Source of the DNA: Candidatus Bipolaricaulota bacterium
GTDB taxonomy: Bacteria; Bipolaricaulota; Bipolaricaulia; UBA7950; UBA9294
Length of the DNA stretch: 64,000 nt
Assembly: GCA_028278555.1 (NCBI GenBank)
Contig: JANQEA010000035.1
Location: forward strand, 152,089 to 216,088
Direction of reading: 5' to 3'
Numbering within the stretch: position 1 is the stretch's first letter; every line of letters begins with the position of its first letter. The notes under the pieces are model-generated. The model worked only from the letters and a program-made list of their open reading frames with translations. It was not told the origin of the DNA and ran no database searches. Shown in pieces: positions 7,903 through 16,744 of the stretch. A program made the position numbers and the translations under genes.

Positions 7903-8442
7903 CTAGACGAGCCGGAGGCCCATCTCGGGCAGCTCGTCCCTCGTCTTGAAGCCGAGGTTTTCGTACAGGTTCCGTCCATCGCGCGATGCGTGGAGGCTGG
8001 CTGTCGGCACCCCTTCGGATCGGAGGACGGCGAAGACATGTTCCAACAGCGCGCGGGCGATCCCCCGCCGGCGCCAGTCCGGAAGGGTCACGAGGTTCAT
8101 GATATAGCCTTCCTTGCCGACGCGGTTGGACGGACCCGGCGGGATCGAGTGGACGACGAGACCAATGCTACCGACAAGCTCACCATCGCAAGTTCCGGCT
8201 TCATCGGAACTTGCCCCGGGCTTGATGCCGCTCTCGTCGGCATCAAGCGCGACGGCGATCCAGACGCGGAAGACCTCCGTCGGGAGGGTCGCTTCGAAGT
8301 AGGCACAGCAGTCGCCGCGGATCCTCTCCCGGTTCTCCTCGTCGAGGAGGTCCATCGCGTCGAACATCGCCATTCGCAGGTCGACCAGGCGTTCGATCTC
8401 ATCGACGGCCGCCTGCCGGATCGTCCACTCGGGTGACGTCAT
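7903..8442 (-). CDS. GNAT-family N-acetyltransferase
   Basis: 179 aa with the acetyl-CoA-binding motif (WRRRGIARALLEH = Q/RxxGxG/A). It has a 4-nt ATGA overlap with the upstream methyltransferase gene. Confidence 0.85.
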   Translation of the reverse strand: MTSPEWTIRQAAVDEIERLVDLRMAMFDAMDLLDEENRERIRGDCCAYFEATLPTEVFRVWIAVALDADESGIKPGASSDEAGTCDGELVGSIGLVVHSIPPGPSNRVGKEGYIMNLVTLPDWRRRGIARALLEHVFAVLRSEGVPTASLHASRDGRNLYENLGFKTRDELPEMGLRLV

Positions 8443-9140
8443 GGTTTCCTCGCGACGTACAGCCCGCGGCCGGTCAGGCCCTCCGGATCATGCCGGACGT
8501 CGAGTCCGGCGGCGATGAACGCCTCGGTCATCTCCTCGACCGTGTACAGGCCGAGTTCGTGGTGCTCGACGACGTGCTCCGTCTTCTCCGGCGTCCCGAT
8601 CAAGTGATGGAGATCGAAGATCGAAACGTGTCCCTCGACGGCACTCGAGTTGATCCGCGCAATCTTCAGCTCCGGATCGTCGATGAACATGCCGTGAACG
8701 GAGTTTGGCATCCACGCGTCCGGCGTGATCCACGGCTCGATGATCAGCAGGCCGCCCGGAACGAGGTGGTCGGCCATCCGGCCGATCGCACGGTGAAGGT
8801 CGTCGTGAGTCGTCATGTAGCCGATCGAGCTGAACAGGCAGGTGATGACGTCGTAGCGCGTCTCAAGCTCGAACGTCTGCATGTCGGCGGCGTGGTACGT
8901 CAGCTCCGGGCTCCGCTCTCGGGCGATGGCGAGCAGATCCGGCGAAAGATCGAGTCCCTCGGCGTCGAAGTGCGCCTTCAGGTGTTCCAGGTGGAGCCCG
9001 GTCCCGCAGGCGACGTCGAGAAGTCGCCGCCCGCCGGTCTGAAGCTCGGCCTCGACGATCGCGACGACCTTCGCCGCCTCGGCGGCGTAGTCCTTGAATG
9101 CGTAGATCCGATCGTAGTAGCGCGCTGTCTGAGCGAACAT
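8439..9140 (-). CDS. Class I SAM-dependent methyltransferase
   Basis: Motif I LLDVACGTGLH, an N-terminal YYDRIY segment typical of small-molecule/sugar N-methyltransferase-like enzymes, and the SD AAGGGGG before ATG 9140. Confidence 0.85.
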   Translation of the reverse strand: MFAQTARYYDRIYAFKDYAAEAAKVVAIVEAELQTGGRRLLDVACGTGLHLEHLKAHFDAEGLDLSPDLLAIARERSPELTYHAADMQTFELETRYDVITCLFSSIGYMTTHDDLHRAIGRMADHLVPGGLLIIEPWITPDAWMPNSVHGMFIDDPELKIARINSSAVEGHVSIFDLHHLIGTPEKTEHVVEHHELGLYTVEEMTEAFIAAGLDVRHDPEGLTGRGLYVARKP

Positions 9141-9200
9141 CCCGCCCCCTTTGACGATGGATCGTACCGACGCGCCCGCGGGCGATCCAGGGAGGATCGG

Positions 9201-10268
9201 CTATTCGTCGTCGGGCGGGCGATTCACCGGGCGATCGTCCTTCGGCGTCAGATCGCGCGTCCGGCCCTCGTACCAATCGAAGTACTTCAGCGTCCCGGTC
9301 TTCCCCTGCTCGATCAGCTTCCGCTTGTCGGCGCGACTGATCCCGAAGTCGGTCGTCTTGATCTTCAGCGTGTTGATGTAGACGGTCCGATGCCAGTCGT
9401 CGCTGTGGAGGTGCCGGTTGTTCTGCGCGTTCAACAGTGTCTTGATCAACGACCAGCTGTACTCGAACAGGTCGTCGATATCCCGATGAGCCGGCGGCTT
9501 CTCCCGACGGAAGACGGCGATCTCCTGTTCGGTATCGAGTCGGAAGCCGAGCGTCTGCCGGTTGTAGAAGTAGGGATTCCCCTTCGCTTCTTTCCGACGG
9601 TTGATCTTCATGTAGTACGGCGTCTTCCGGAGATGGGTCGCCCGCTCCTTCGACGGAACGTACTTCTGTCGGTCGAACAGCTTCACCGGGTAGTTGTCGA
9701 GCACCCCACCGTCGACGTAGACGTCGCCGCGTCGATTTCGGACGGCGGCGAAGAAGAGCGGGATCGACATCGACATCCGGACCGCCTTGGCGACGCGCAT
9801 GTTCGGCGTCCGCTCGGCCGAGAAGACCTCCTCAAACCCGGTGCTCAGATTCGTTCCGATCAGGTAGAGCCCCCGATGGCCCGTCCGCTTCAGCTGCGCG
9901 AAGGTGACGTCGGCCGGCTGACCTTTCGTCTCGATCCGCTTGCCGATCCACTCCTCGAAGTAGTCCCCCTTGAACCATCCGAACTCGTCGCGGAGCCGAT
10001 CGAAGTTCCGGAGCAGCCCCCATGACTTGTCGAGGAAGTTCCGGAAGTCGAGTTTCAGGAGGATGTCGAGCATCTCCTTCCTCGTGTAGCCGAGCGCGAG
10101 CAAGACCGCGTTGATCGCGCCGGCCGAGGCGCCGCCGACCCGGACAACGTCTTTCAGGATCTTCCTCTCCTCCAGGACTTCCAGGGCTCCAACGTATGCG
10201 ATCCCCTTCACTCCGCCGCCTTCGAACACGAGATTCCGAAACGGGTACTTCACACTCGCCACCTCCAT
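9201..10268 (-). CDS. Patatin-like phospholipase
   Basis: Oxyanion motif FEGGGVKGIAYVG, the nucleophile elbow GASAGA (GxSxG) and a downstream DGG-containing Asp motif (YVDGGV). The start is ambiguous: ATG 10268 or ATG 10292. Confidence 0.85.
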   Translation of the reverse strand: MEVASVKYPFRNLVFEGGGVKGIAYVGALEVLEERKILKDVVRVGGASAGAINAVLLALGYTRKEMLDILLKLDFRNFLDKSWGLLRNFDRLRDEFGWFKGDYFEEWIGKRIETKGQPADVTFAQLKRTGHRGLYLIGTNLSTGFEEVFSAERTPNMRVAKAVRMSMSIPLFFAAVRNRRGDVYVDGGVLDNYPVKLFDRQKYVPSKERATHLRKTPYYMKINRRKEAKGNPYFYNRQTLGFRLDTEQEIAVFRREKPPAHRDIDDLFEYSWSLIKTLLNAQNNRHLHSDDWHRTVYINTLKIKTTDFGISRADKRKLIEQGKTGTLKYFDWYEGRTRDLTPKDDRPVNRPPDDE

Positions 10269-10407
10269 GTGGATCCCGATTCTTGCGCACATCCTAACGG
10301 ATGGTGTTCAAAGGAACGAAACGCGGCCTCGACCACCGTTCGGGCCGGCGCTACACTTGAACCGAGTTCTCAGCCGGAGGAAGGCGGGCGGACGATCCGA
10401 TTTGACG

Positions 10408-11400
10408 ATGGACCGGTACGAACAGATCCCGGAATCGGAGAAGCGCGATCGCTACGAGCGGCTCGCGCGGAAGGCCCTCGCCGCGTACGGGCTGCCCGAC
10501 GTGCGGCTGACCCCGATCGGCACGTCGACGCTTGACGTCTTCGAGGTATCGACGGGCGATCCTTCGAGGCACTACGCACTTCGGATCTGTCCGCCGGAGG
10601 TATCGACCGACCGACTCCAGCGTGAGATCCTCTGGCTGACGGCCCTCCGTCGCGACACGAACCTGTCGGTCCCCGAGCCGATTCTCAGCCTGGACGGTGA
10701 GCTGATCCGGAAGGTGGCTGTCGCGGGGGTTCATGGCTTCCGTCCGTGCATCCTCTTCCGCTGGGTCGAGGGCGAAACCTCCGGCGAGCTGACGCCGGAG
10801 CAGCTCCACGCCGTCGGTCGACTGATGGGACAGCTCCACGCACATGCCGAGACGTTCCGCTGGCCGGAGGAGATCACGCCGCCGCGGCGGAACGCGACGA
10901 TGATGTCCGAGGTTCTCGACGAGGATCTGGTCGCGGCGCACTACGGGCCCGTTCGTCTCGACGTCTTCCGAAAGGCGATCGAGTCGATCGCAACAACGAT
11001 GGGCCGTCTTCGGGACGGGTCGGGCGTCGCCGGCGTGATCCACGGCCGGCTGAACCCACGCCGTCTTCTCTTCGCTGAGGAGGGCGTGGGTGCCGTCGGG
11101 TTTGCGGCCTGCCGATGGGGGTACTACGCCTACGATCTCGCGACGATCCGAAGCCACGTTGCAGGACGGGAGATCGGCGCCGCGCTCGTCGCCGAACTCC
11201 TCAAAGGGTATCGATCGGTCCGCGAACTCCCGCCGGAGGTCGAGCGAGCGATTCCCGCATTCGAGGCGCTTCACTCGATCGACCGAATCCAGAAGGCGCT
11301 ACGACGGCCCGATCGAACAAGTGCGAGCGATCGGAACCTCAAGGGAGAATTCGAGGCGCTCCATCGCGGATGGACGTCCGCGGACCACTTGGAGAGATGA
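10408..11400 (+). CDS. Aminoglycoside-phosphotransferase/CotS-family protein with a degenerate catalytic site (predicted pseudokinase)
   Basis: The fold-typical layout matches the family (…YALRI…, …YAYDLATI…). However, the Brenner motif HGDLxxxN reads HGRLNPRR and the DFxx metal-binding motif reads VGFAAC. Start is ATG 10408. The track ORF from 10111 is antisense overlap. Confidence 0.7.
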   Translation: MDRYEQIPESEKRDRYERLARKALAAYGLPDVRLTPIGTSTLDVFEVSTGDPSRHYALRICPPEVSTDRLQREILWLTALRRDTNLSVPEPILSLDGELIRKVAVAGVHGFRPCILFRWVEGETSGELTPEQLHAVGRLMGQLHAHAETFRWPEEITPPRRNATMMSEVLDEDLVAAHYGPVRLDVFRKAIESIATTMGRLRDGSGVAGVIHGRLNPRRLLFAEEGVGAVGFAACRWGYYAYDLATIRSHVAGREIGAALVAELLKGYRSVRELPPEVERAIPAFEALHSIDRIQKALRRPDRTSASDRNLKGEFEALHRGWTSADHLER

Positions 11401-11451
11401 GGGGGTTGGGTGTGCCGCCCGAAGGCGACACACCCGGGTAGGTGGGTTGAG

Positions 11452-12267
11452 CTAGAAACCCCAAACGGTCGGATCGAACGTCGTCAGGCTGTCCGGCGAG
11501 AAGACCTCATCGGCGATCTCGGCGTCGGGCCGTCGACGCTCGATCAAGGTGATCAGCGTCGAGCTTTCGTCGAGCACATCGGTGCTCAGCATTTCCGCAA
11601 ACGTCAGCATCCCCTCGAACTCGGTCAGGGAGATGACTTCGATCGTCGACGAGAGGTTCCCGAGGTCGTTGTACGACTCGGCCTTCAGCATCAGGAACGC
11701 TTCGGTATCGACCCAGATGATCGAGCGGGGCGTATCGGTGTCGACGCCCTCCTTCGCGACCGATTCGATCACGTAGGCCATCCGCGTCTCCTCGCCGATC
11801 ACCAGCTCCTCCTCACGAAGGATCGTCGCCACGAAGTCGTCCCGGTCGTTCTCGCCACCGAGATCGTCGTACGACATCGAGCTCCCGGCAAAGCTGCCGC
11901 CGCGCTCCTCGTCCGAAACGAGTTCCTTCGGGATGCCGAGGAGCGGAAGGTAGAGCCAGAGGCGCGAGTCGTCGCCGTCATCGATCTCATGGGTCAGGAA
12001 GATCGTCCCGGCCACGTCGGTTGGCTCGATGAAGTAGATGAGCGAGAAGCCGGGCTTCGACAGCATCCCGAACAGGTTGCCTGAAGTCGTCCCGTCGCGG
12101 TACGTGTTGTCGAACCGAAGCGTCCCGATCATGCTCCCTTCGGCCAGCTTGTCGGCTTCCTCTTCCATCCGGTCGAGGATCTCGTCGGCGGTCAACGCCG
12201 CCGCCGCGAATCCCGCCAGAAGCACCATCACTGCCGTGATCGTCCAAACCATCGTCTTCTTGTACAT
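11452..12267 (-). CDS. LolA-like outer-membrane lipoprotein-sorting family protein (secreted)
   Basis: Signal peptide (VWTITAVMVLLAGFAAAALTA) followed by LTADEILDRM..., the typical opening of LolA_like (PF17131-type) proteins. It lies immediately downstream of an MMPL/RND exporter, a recurrent pairing. Confidence 0.75.
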   Translation of the reverse strand: MYKKTMVWTITAVMVLLAGFAAAALTADEILDRMEEEADKLAEGSMIGTLRFDNTYRDGTTSGNLFGMLSKPGFSLIYFIEPTDVAGTIFLTHEIDDGDDSRLWLYLPLLGIPKELVSDEERGGSFAGSSMSYDDLGGENDRDDFVATILREEELVIGEETRMAYVIESVAKEGVDTDTPRSIIWVDTEAFLMLKAESYNDLGNLSSTIEVISLTEFEGMLTFAEMLSTDVLDESSTLITLIERRRPDAEIADEVFSPDSLTTFDPTVWGF

Positions 12268-12313
12268 GTCGTTCCTCCCTAGGTGATCTACCTGAATTCG
12301 TTGATCTCGTTTG

Positions 12314-14611
12314 CTATCGATCGCGCTTCCACGCTGCTCGCGACAGGAACTTCGGTTGCCACTGCACGAGGATCGCCGGGATGATCGAGATCGCCGACAG
12401 GGCGCTCACGCCCATCGTCAGTGCAATCTGCCAGCCGAACGTTCGGATTCCCTTGAACGAGGCGAAGATCAGGATGAAGAACCCGAGCGCAACCGTAAGG
12501 GCGTTGTAGGTAATGCCGCGTCCCGTCGTCTGGATCGTCGCCTGGAGCGATCGCTCGGCATTCCGGTCCTTTCGGTACTCCGCACGGAAGCGGGAGATGA
12601 AGTGGATCGAGTAGTCAACCCCGATGCCGATCGCGACGACCGAGACCATCAGCGTCATGATGTCGAGCGGCTGGCCGGTGTAGGCCATGATCCCCATCGA
12701 GAACGTCACCGTCAGGATCAGCGGAATCGCCGCAATCAGGCCGGCGACGACCGATCCCATCAAGATCATGACGAGCACGGCGACGGCAGAGATCGTCGTT
12801 GCCAGACCGATCAGCTGGCTGTTCTGCATCTGGGTGAACATCCGGTTCATCAGCGTCGTTCCGCCGATCATCCGGACTCTCATGGTTCCATCTGCAGGGA
12901 AGTGCTCGTCGAGGTAGCCTTGCACGAGCTTCGCGAGGCGGGAGACGTTGCCGGATGAGCCCATCTGATACATCCCGGTCACCGTCCCGGCGGAGAAGTC
13001 GCCGACGGCCATGTCGCCGAGTGTCCCACCCTGGAACGTGTACAGAAGCAAGAGCTGCGAGATCATCTCCCGACTCTCGGGGATGACATAGTAGGCCGGA
13101 TCGTCGGCGTTGAACTTCTCGTTCATCTGCCGGACGAGCGTCGTCAACGAGAAGGTCTTTGCGACACCGTTGTCGAGGAGGAACGCCTCCAGATCGAGCA
13201 TCGCGTTCAGCACCACCGGATCCTTCAATCCGTCCCGGCGCCCCGTATCGAACTCGACCATCAGACTCATATCACCGGAGAAGTACTCCGACGTGAAGTC
13301 GAGGATCTGAACCGCCTCGTGCTCCTCGCCGAGGAATTCCTCGTTCGACGTCTCAATTCGCAGACGCGGGATCCCGGCGACCATCACGCCGAAGATGATC
13401 AACGCCACGAGAAGGACCGTCTTCCGGTGTCCGACGATGACCTTTTCGAACGCAATGAGGACGCGCGTCAGTGGCCGGAACCCCTTCTTGCTCAGATCTC
13501 GAACTCTCGGCTTCTTCAGCAGCGAGAAGACGGCCGGAATCATCACGAGCGAGAAGAGCATCGCAGCCAAGACGCCGATTGCCGTGACGATGCCGAAATG
13601 GCGCTGAGGTACGAGGAACGCCGAAAGAAGTGACAGGAAACCGACGGCGGTCGTCAGCGAGGTCATGACCACCGGCGCCTTCATCTCCTGCATCGTGTTG
13701 AAGATCGCTTCGCGCTTCTCGATCCCCTTGGCGATCTCCTCGTTATAGCGGTTCAGGACGTGGATCGCATCGGCAATACCGATCGCCAGGAGGAGGATCG
13801 GCGCGATGAACGACATCGTCGTCATCGGGAAGCCGAGAAGGACCATTGCCCCCATCGCAACGATCACCGACAACAGCACGATCGCAATCGGCAGGAGAAT
13901 CCCGCGGATCGTCACGAACGATGCGAACAGGAGCGCGACCATCACGAGGATCGCCAGCGGAAAGAGGAGCGTCGTGTCGGCTTCCATCTCCTCCGCCATG
14001 ACCGTGTCGAAGTACGCGTCGCCGTAGATGTACAGGGTGTCACCGTCGCCGCGGTTCTCGTCGACGATGGCGACGATGTCCGGCGTGATGCCGTACTCGT
14101 CGGCCCCGACCTCGAGTTCGATGTTGATCAGCGCAGCCTGCCCGGACTCGCTGACAACGCCACCGATCAGGTTCTCATCGGCCATCAGCCGCTCGCGGAA
14201 GATCTCCATGTCTTCCGGTGTCCGCGGCGCGACGCCGTCTGGCGCGGCCTTGCGGACAGAAAGCGCCGTCTCGGTTCCGACAATCGTCTGGGAGTTCAGC
14301 GGCGTGCTGACCGCCTTGACCCCCGGAATCGCCTCGATCCCGTCGGTCATCCGCTCGATCTTTCCGAGCGTCGTCTCGTTGAAGATGCCGCCCTCGTTGA
14401 ACAGCATCACCATGATCCCCCACGACCGGCCGTACCGCTCCTCCGCCTCGTCCATCAGGACGATGATCGGATCGTCATCGGCCATGAACTCGCGGAAGTC
14501 GGTCTCCTGCTCCAGAAACTGGATCGGGTACGCAAGAGCCACGGCTAGCAACAGCGTCGCGGCGATCGTCCAGATTGGATGATCGACCGCAAATCGAATC
14601 AATCGGTTCAT
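12314..14611 (-). CDS. MMPL/RND-superfamily exporter (COG1033-type, two 6-TM bundles)
   Basis: About 765 aa with a duplicated architecture of periplasmic domain plus TM bundle. Start ATG 14611 forms an ATGA overlap with the upstream gene stop (14608-14610). Confidence 0.9.
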   Translation of the reverse strand: MNRLIRFAVDHPIWTIAATLLLAVALAYPIQFLEQETDFREFMADDDPIIVLMDEAEERYGRSWGIMVMLFNEGGIFNETTLGKIERMTDGIEAIPGVKAVSTPLNSQTIVGTETALSVRKAAPDGVAPRTPEDMEIFRERLMADENLIGGVVSESGQAALINIELEVGADEYGITPDIVAIVDENRGDGDTLYIYGDAYFDTVMAEEMEADTTLLFPLAILVMVALLFASFVTIRGILLPIAIVLLSVIVAMGAMVLLGFPMTTMSFIAPILLLAIGIADAIHVLNRYNEEIAKGIEKREAIFNTMQEMKAPVVMTSLTTAVGFLSLLSAFLVPQRHFGIVTAIGVLAAMLFSLVMIPAVFSLLKKPRVRDLSKKGFRPLTRVLIAFEKVIVGHRKTVLLVALIIFGVMVAGIPRLRIETSNEEFLGEEHEAVQILDFTSEYFSGDMSLMVEFDTGRRDGLKDPVVLNAMLDLEAFLLDNGVAKTFSLTTLVRQMNEKFNADDPAYYVIPESREMISQLLLLYTFQGGTLGDMAVGDFSAGTVTGMYQMGSSGNVSRLAKLVQGYLDEHFPADGTMRVRMIGGTTLMNRMFTQMQNSQLIGLATTISAVAVLVMILMGSVVAGLIAAIPLILTVTFSMGIMAYTGQPLDIMTLMVSVVAIGIGVDYSIHFISRFRAEYRKDRNAERSLQATIQTTGRGITYNALTVALGFFILIFASFKGIRTFGWQIALTMGVSALSAISIIPAILVQWQPKFLSRAAWKRDR

Positions 14612-15114
14612 CGGATCCATCCCTTCGTCGAATAGGCGGCCCAGAGCAGGCCGGGCCAAAGGTCTTCGGTCACGTCAATCCCCTCGCCGATCCCGGCAAA
14701 AACCTGCTCGATGATTCCTGCGATTGCGTCGAGCCCGGCAGCCACGCTCGGCGACAGTGCGCTCATCCCGGCGCTGACGATCCATATGTGGCTCGCCGTT
14801 CCGTCGTCCAATCCTCTCGGAAGGATGACGATCAGGTCATACGGCTCCTCGTCCACGCCGGGGAGCCGGTCGGCAAGTGGGTCGTCGTAGCTCGACATCA
14901 CATCGGCGAGCGTGATCCCCACGTCGAACATCCCAACGGAGCGGAGCGCTCCGACCAATCCTGCGACGCGCATCGTCGAGTTGAACGTCTTTGTCTCGTC
15001 GACGACCAGCACCCTGACGAGGGGCGGAGCGTCCTGCGCGAGCCCGCCAAGCGGGATCGCGATCGCGACCATCATCAGCGCAATCAACAGAGCGTGCGAG
15101 CGTTTCGACATCAC
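14608..15114 (-). CDS. Secreted hypothetical protein (signal peptide), operon partner of the MMPL exporter
   Basis: N-terminal signal peptide (ALLIALMMVAIAIPLGGLAQD). It is overlap-coupled to genes on both sides (ATGA at 15111-15114 and 14608-14611). No family was recognised. Confidence 0.55.
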   Translation of the reverse strand: MMSKRSHALLIALMMVAIAIPLGGLAQDAPPLVRVLVVDETKTFNSTMRVAGLVGALRSVGMFDVGITLADVMSSYDDPLADRLPGVDEEPYDLIVILPRGLDDGTASHIWIVSAGMSALSPSVAAGLDAIAGIIEQVFAGIGEGIDVTEDLWPGLLWAAYSTKGWIR

Positions 15115-15617
15115 GAACCTCCTCCGTATTCGGCCATCCGTTCCTTCTTCAGTTCGGGGTATCGAACCTTCCAGCGGTCGGCCAATCGCGGAAGCTCTTC
15201 CTCGACGTAGTCGAAGAAGACCATCATCTCCAATAGTCGCTCTTTCGCCTCGATCGGTTCACCTTCGAGCGCGGCAAGACCGAGGGCCGCCAGTTCCTTG
15301 TGCCGCTGGAGGTGCTCCGTCCGCTGGACGTACATGTCCATCCAGATCCCCGGACGGATGCGATAGTAGTGGCGCCGATGTCCGGGAAGGCTCACCTTCT
15401 CAATCACACTAAGCCGCAGGAGCAGCCGGGTTGCCATGCTGATCGAACCCCGGCTCGCCTGGAGGCGCTCGGCCAGTTCGTCCATCGATAGGTACGGGGG
15501 CACACAAACCTGGAGTGCCCCCAGAACGCGGCCGGCCATGTGCGAGAGGCCATGCTCTTCCATCATGTCACCTGTCATCTCCACAAATCGCCTCTCGGCA
15601 TCGAGGGTCTTCACCAT
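15111..15617 (-). CDS. MarR/GbsR-family winged-helix transcriptional regulator
   Basis: The GbsR-like N-terminus (FVEMTGDMMEEHGLSHMAGRVLGAL) and wHTH segment (SMDELAERLQASRGSISMATRLLLRLSVIEKV) are present. The SD GGAGGA precedes ATG 15617. Confidence 0.75.
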   Translation of the reverse strand: MVKTLDAERRFVEMTGDMMEEHGLSHMAGRVLGALQVCVPPYLSMDELAERLQASRGSISMATRLLLRLSVIEKVSLPGHRRHYYRIRPGIWMDMYVQRTEHLQRHKELAALGLAALEGEPIEAKERLLEMMVFFDYVEEELPRLADRWKVRYPELKKERMAEYGGGS

Positions 15618-15641
15618 GGATCCTCCTTCGAGCAGAGCACT

Positions 15642-15669
15642 ATTCTAATTGTTTTGTCTCTTCAGTCAA
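15642..15669 (-). promoter_or_regulatory. Sigma70-type promoter for the regulator-MMPL-LolA-like operon
   Basis: On the minus strand, TTGACT (15669-15664), a 16-nt spacer and TAGAAT (15647-15642) lie about 25 nt upstream of the SD/ATG, within an AT-rich 115-nt intergenic region. Confidence 0.4.
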
Positions 15670-15732
15670 GTTTGAAACCAGCGAACAGAAAAGGGATTGT
15701 TCACTGCCCGTTATTCACGAAACCTACACATT

Positions 15733-16518
15733 CTAGCGAGGCCGCGCCAGGAAGAGGGTTGCAACTTGGGGCCGATCGATCGACCCGCCGAATCGATCGA
15801 TCGTCGAACGGACGGCCTCCGAGAGGCTCCCGAACGTCGCACGATCGAGGGCGAGATGGTCGGAGTGCGTCCGGAGGAGTCGAAGGTATCGTTCCGTCGC
15901 GTAGGTGGATGTCCACGGGACTCTCACGACGTCTGGCTCGTCGAAGAGGCCCGAGGCGCGGATTTCGCGCAGCGTACGCTCGACCCGATCTTCCAGCGAC
16001 GACCGCCAAGAGGCACGGCCAAGCTGCGGCGCGCATGAGCGATAGACCTCGTCGAGCGCCCGGTAAACCGGTGCATCGGATCCTGGGAAGAGGTTCCAGA
16101 TGAGCGCGAGGTGGCCGGGCGATCGAAGCGCCGCGTGGGCTTTTCGGTAGCCAATCGTCGGTTCGATCCAGTGAAACGCCTGCGCCGAGACGACAAGCTC
16201 GTAGGCGCACGGCTCGACGTCCCAGGTCTCGAAGTCGGCGCAGTCGACGGTCGCATTCGGAAATCGTTCGAGGTTGTGCGCCGCCAGCCGACTCAGTTCT
16301 TCGCCGAGTTCGACCGCGGTGATCGCGTATCCACGCTTCGCCAGGAGGACGGTCAGCTGCCCGGTCCCGCAGCCGATCTCGAGAATCGATCCGCCGCCCG
16401 GGATCCCTGATCGAGCAACCAGCTCGTCGATCAGCTCCACCGGATACCCAGGACGGGCAGCATCGTAGTCGGCTGCAGCCCCGTCAAACAGCCGGCGATC
16501 GCTTCGATTGAACGTCAT
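15733..16518 (-). CDS. Class I SAM-dependent methyltransferase
   Basis: Motif I ILEIGCGTGQLT and a post-I acidic residue (AVELGEEL). 261 aa. Confidence 0.85.
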   Translation of the reverse strand: MTFNRSDRRLFDGAAADYDAARPGYPVELIDELVARSGIPGGGSILEIGCGTGQLTVLLAKRGYAITAVELGEELSRLAAHNLERFPNATVDCADFETWDVEPCAYELVVSAQAFHWIEPTIGYRKAHAALRSPGHLALIWNLFPGSDAPVYRALDEVYRSCAPQLGRASWRSSLEDRVERTLREIRASGLFDEPDVVRVPWTSTYATERYLRLLRTHSDHLALDRATFGSLSEAVRSTIDRFGGSIDRPQVATLFLARPR

Positions 16519-16744
16519 GCCGTGGTCCTCCTGTTCAGGAATCCGGGGATTCTACGCAAGCGGATCGCCTCCGGCGAACCGGACACTCCGATTGCCGGAG
16601 ACGACGCGTTGGGCCCACCGCATCGCAGGTGGAGATCTCTCCCTTCTGCCGTAGACACACGGCGAGTCGGGGGGAGAGACGGACGCGAGACGATTCCGGG
16701 GATGCTCGGACTGTCAGTTCGCACCGTGAAGGAGGAAATCACCA

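Noticed and set aside
8433-10025. A 530-aa plus-strand ORF.
   Set aside because: It is antisense to the methyltransferase and patatin genes and has no recognisable motifs. The same reasoning applies to 19264-20742 (antisense to DUF885), 16739-17833 (antisense to the GyrI-like gene), 12311-12958 and 13760-14548 (antisense to MMPL), 27611-28351, 33096-33953, 42310-43710, 56903-57925 and 58173-59285.
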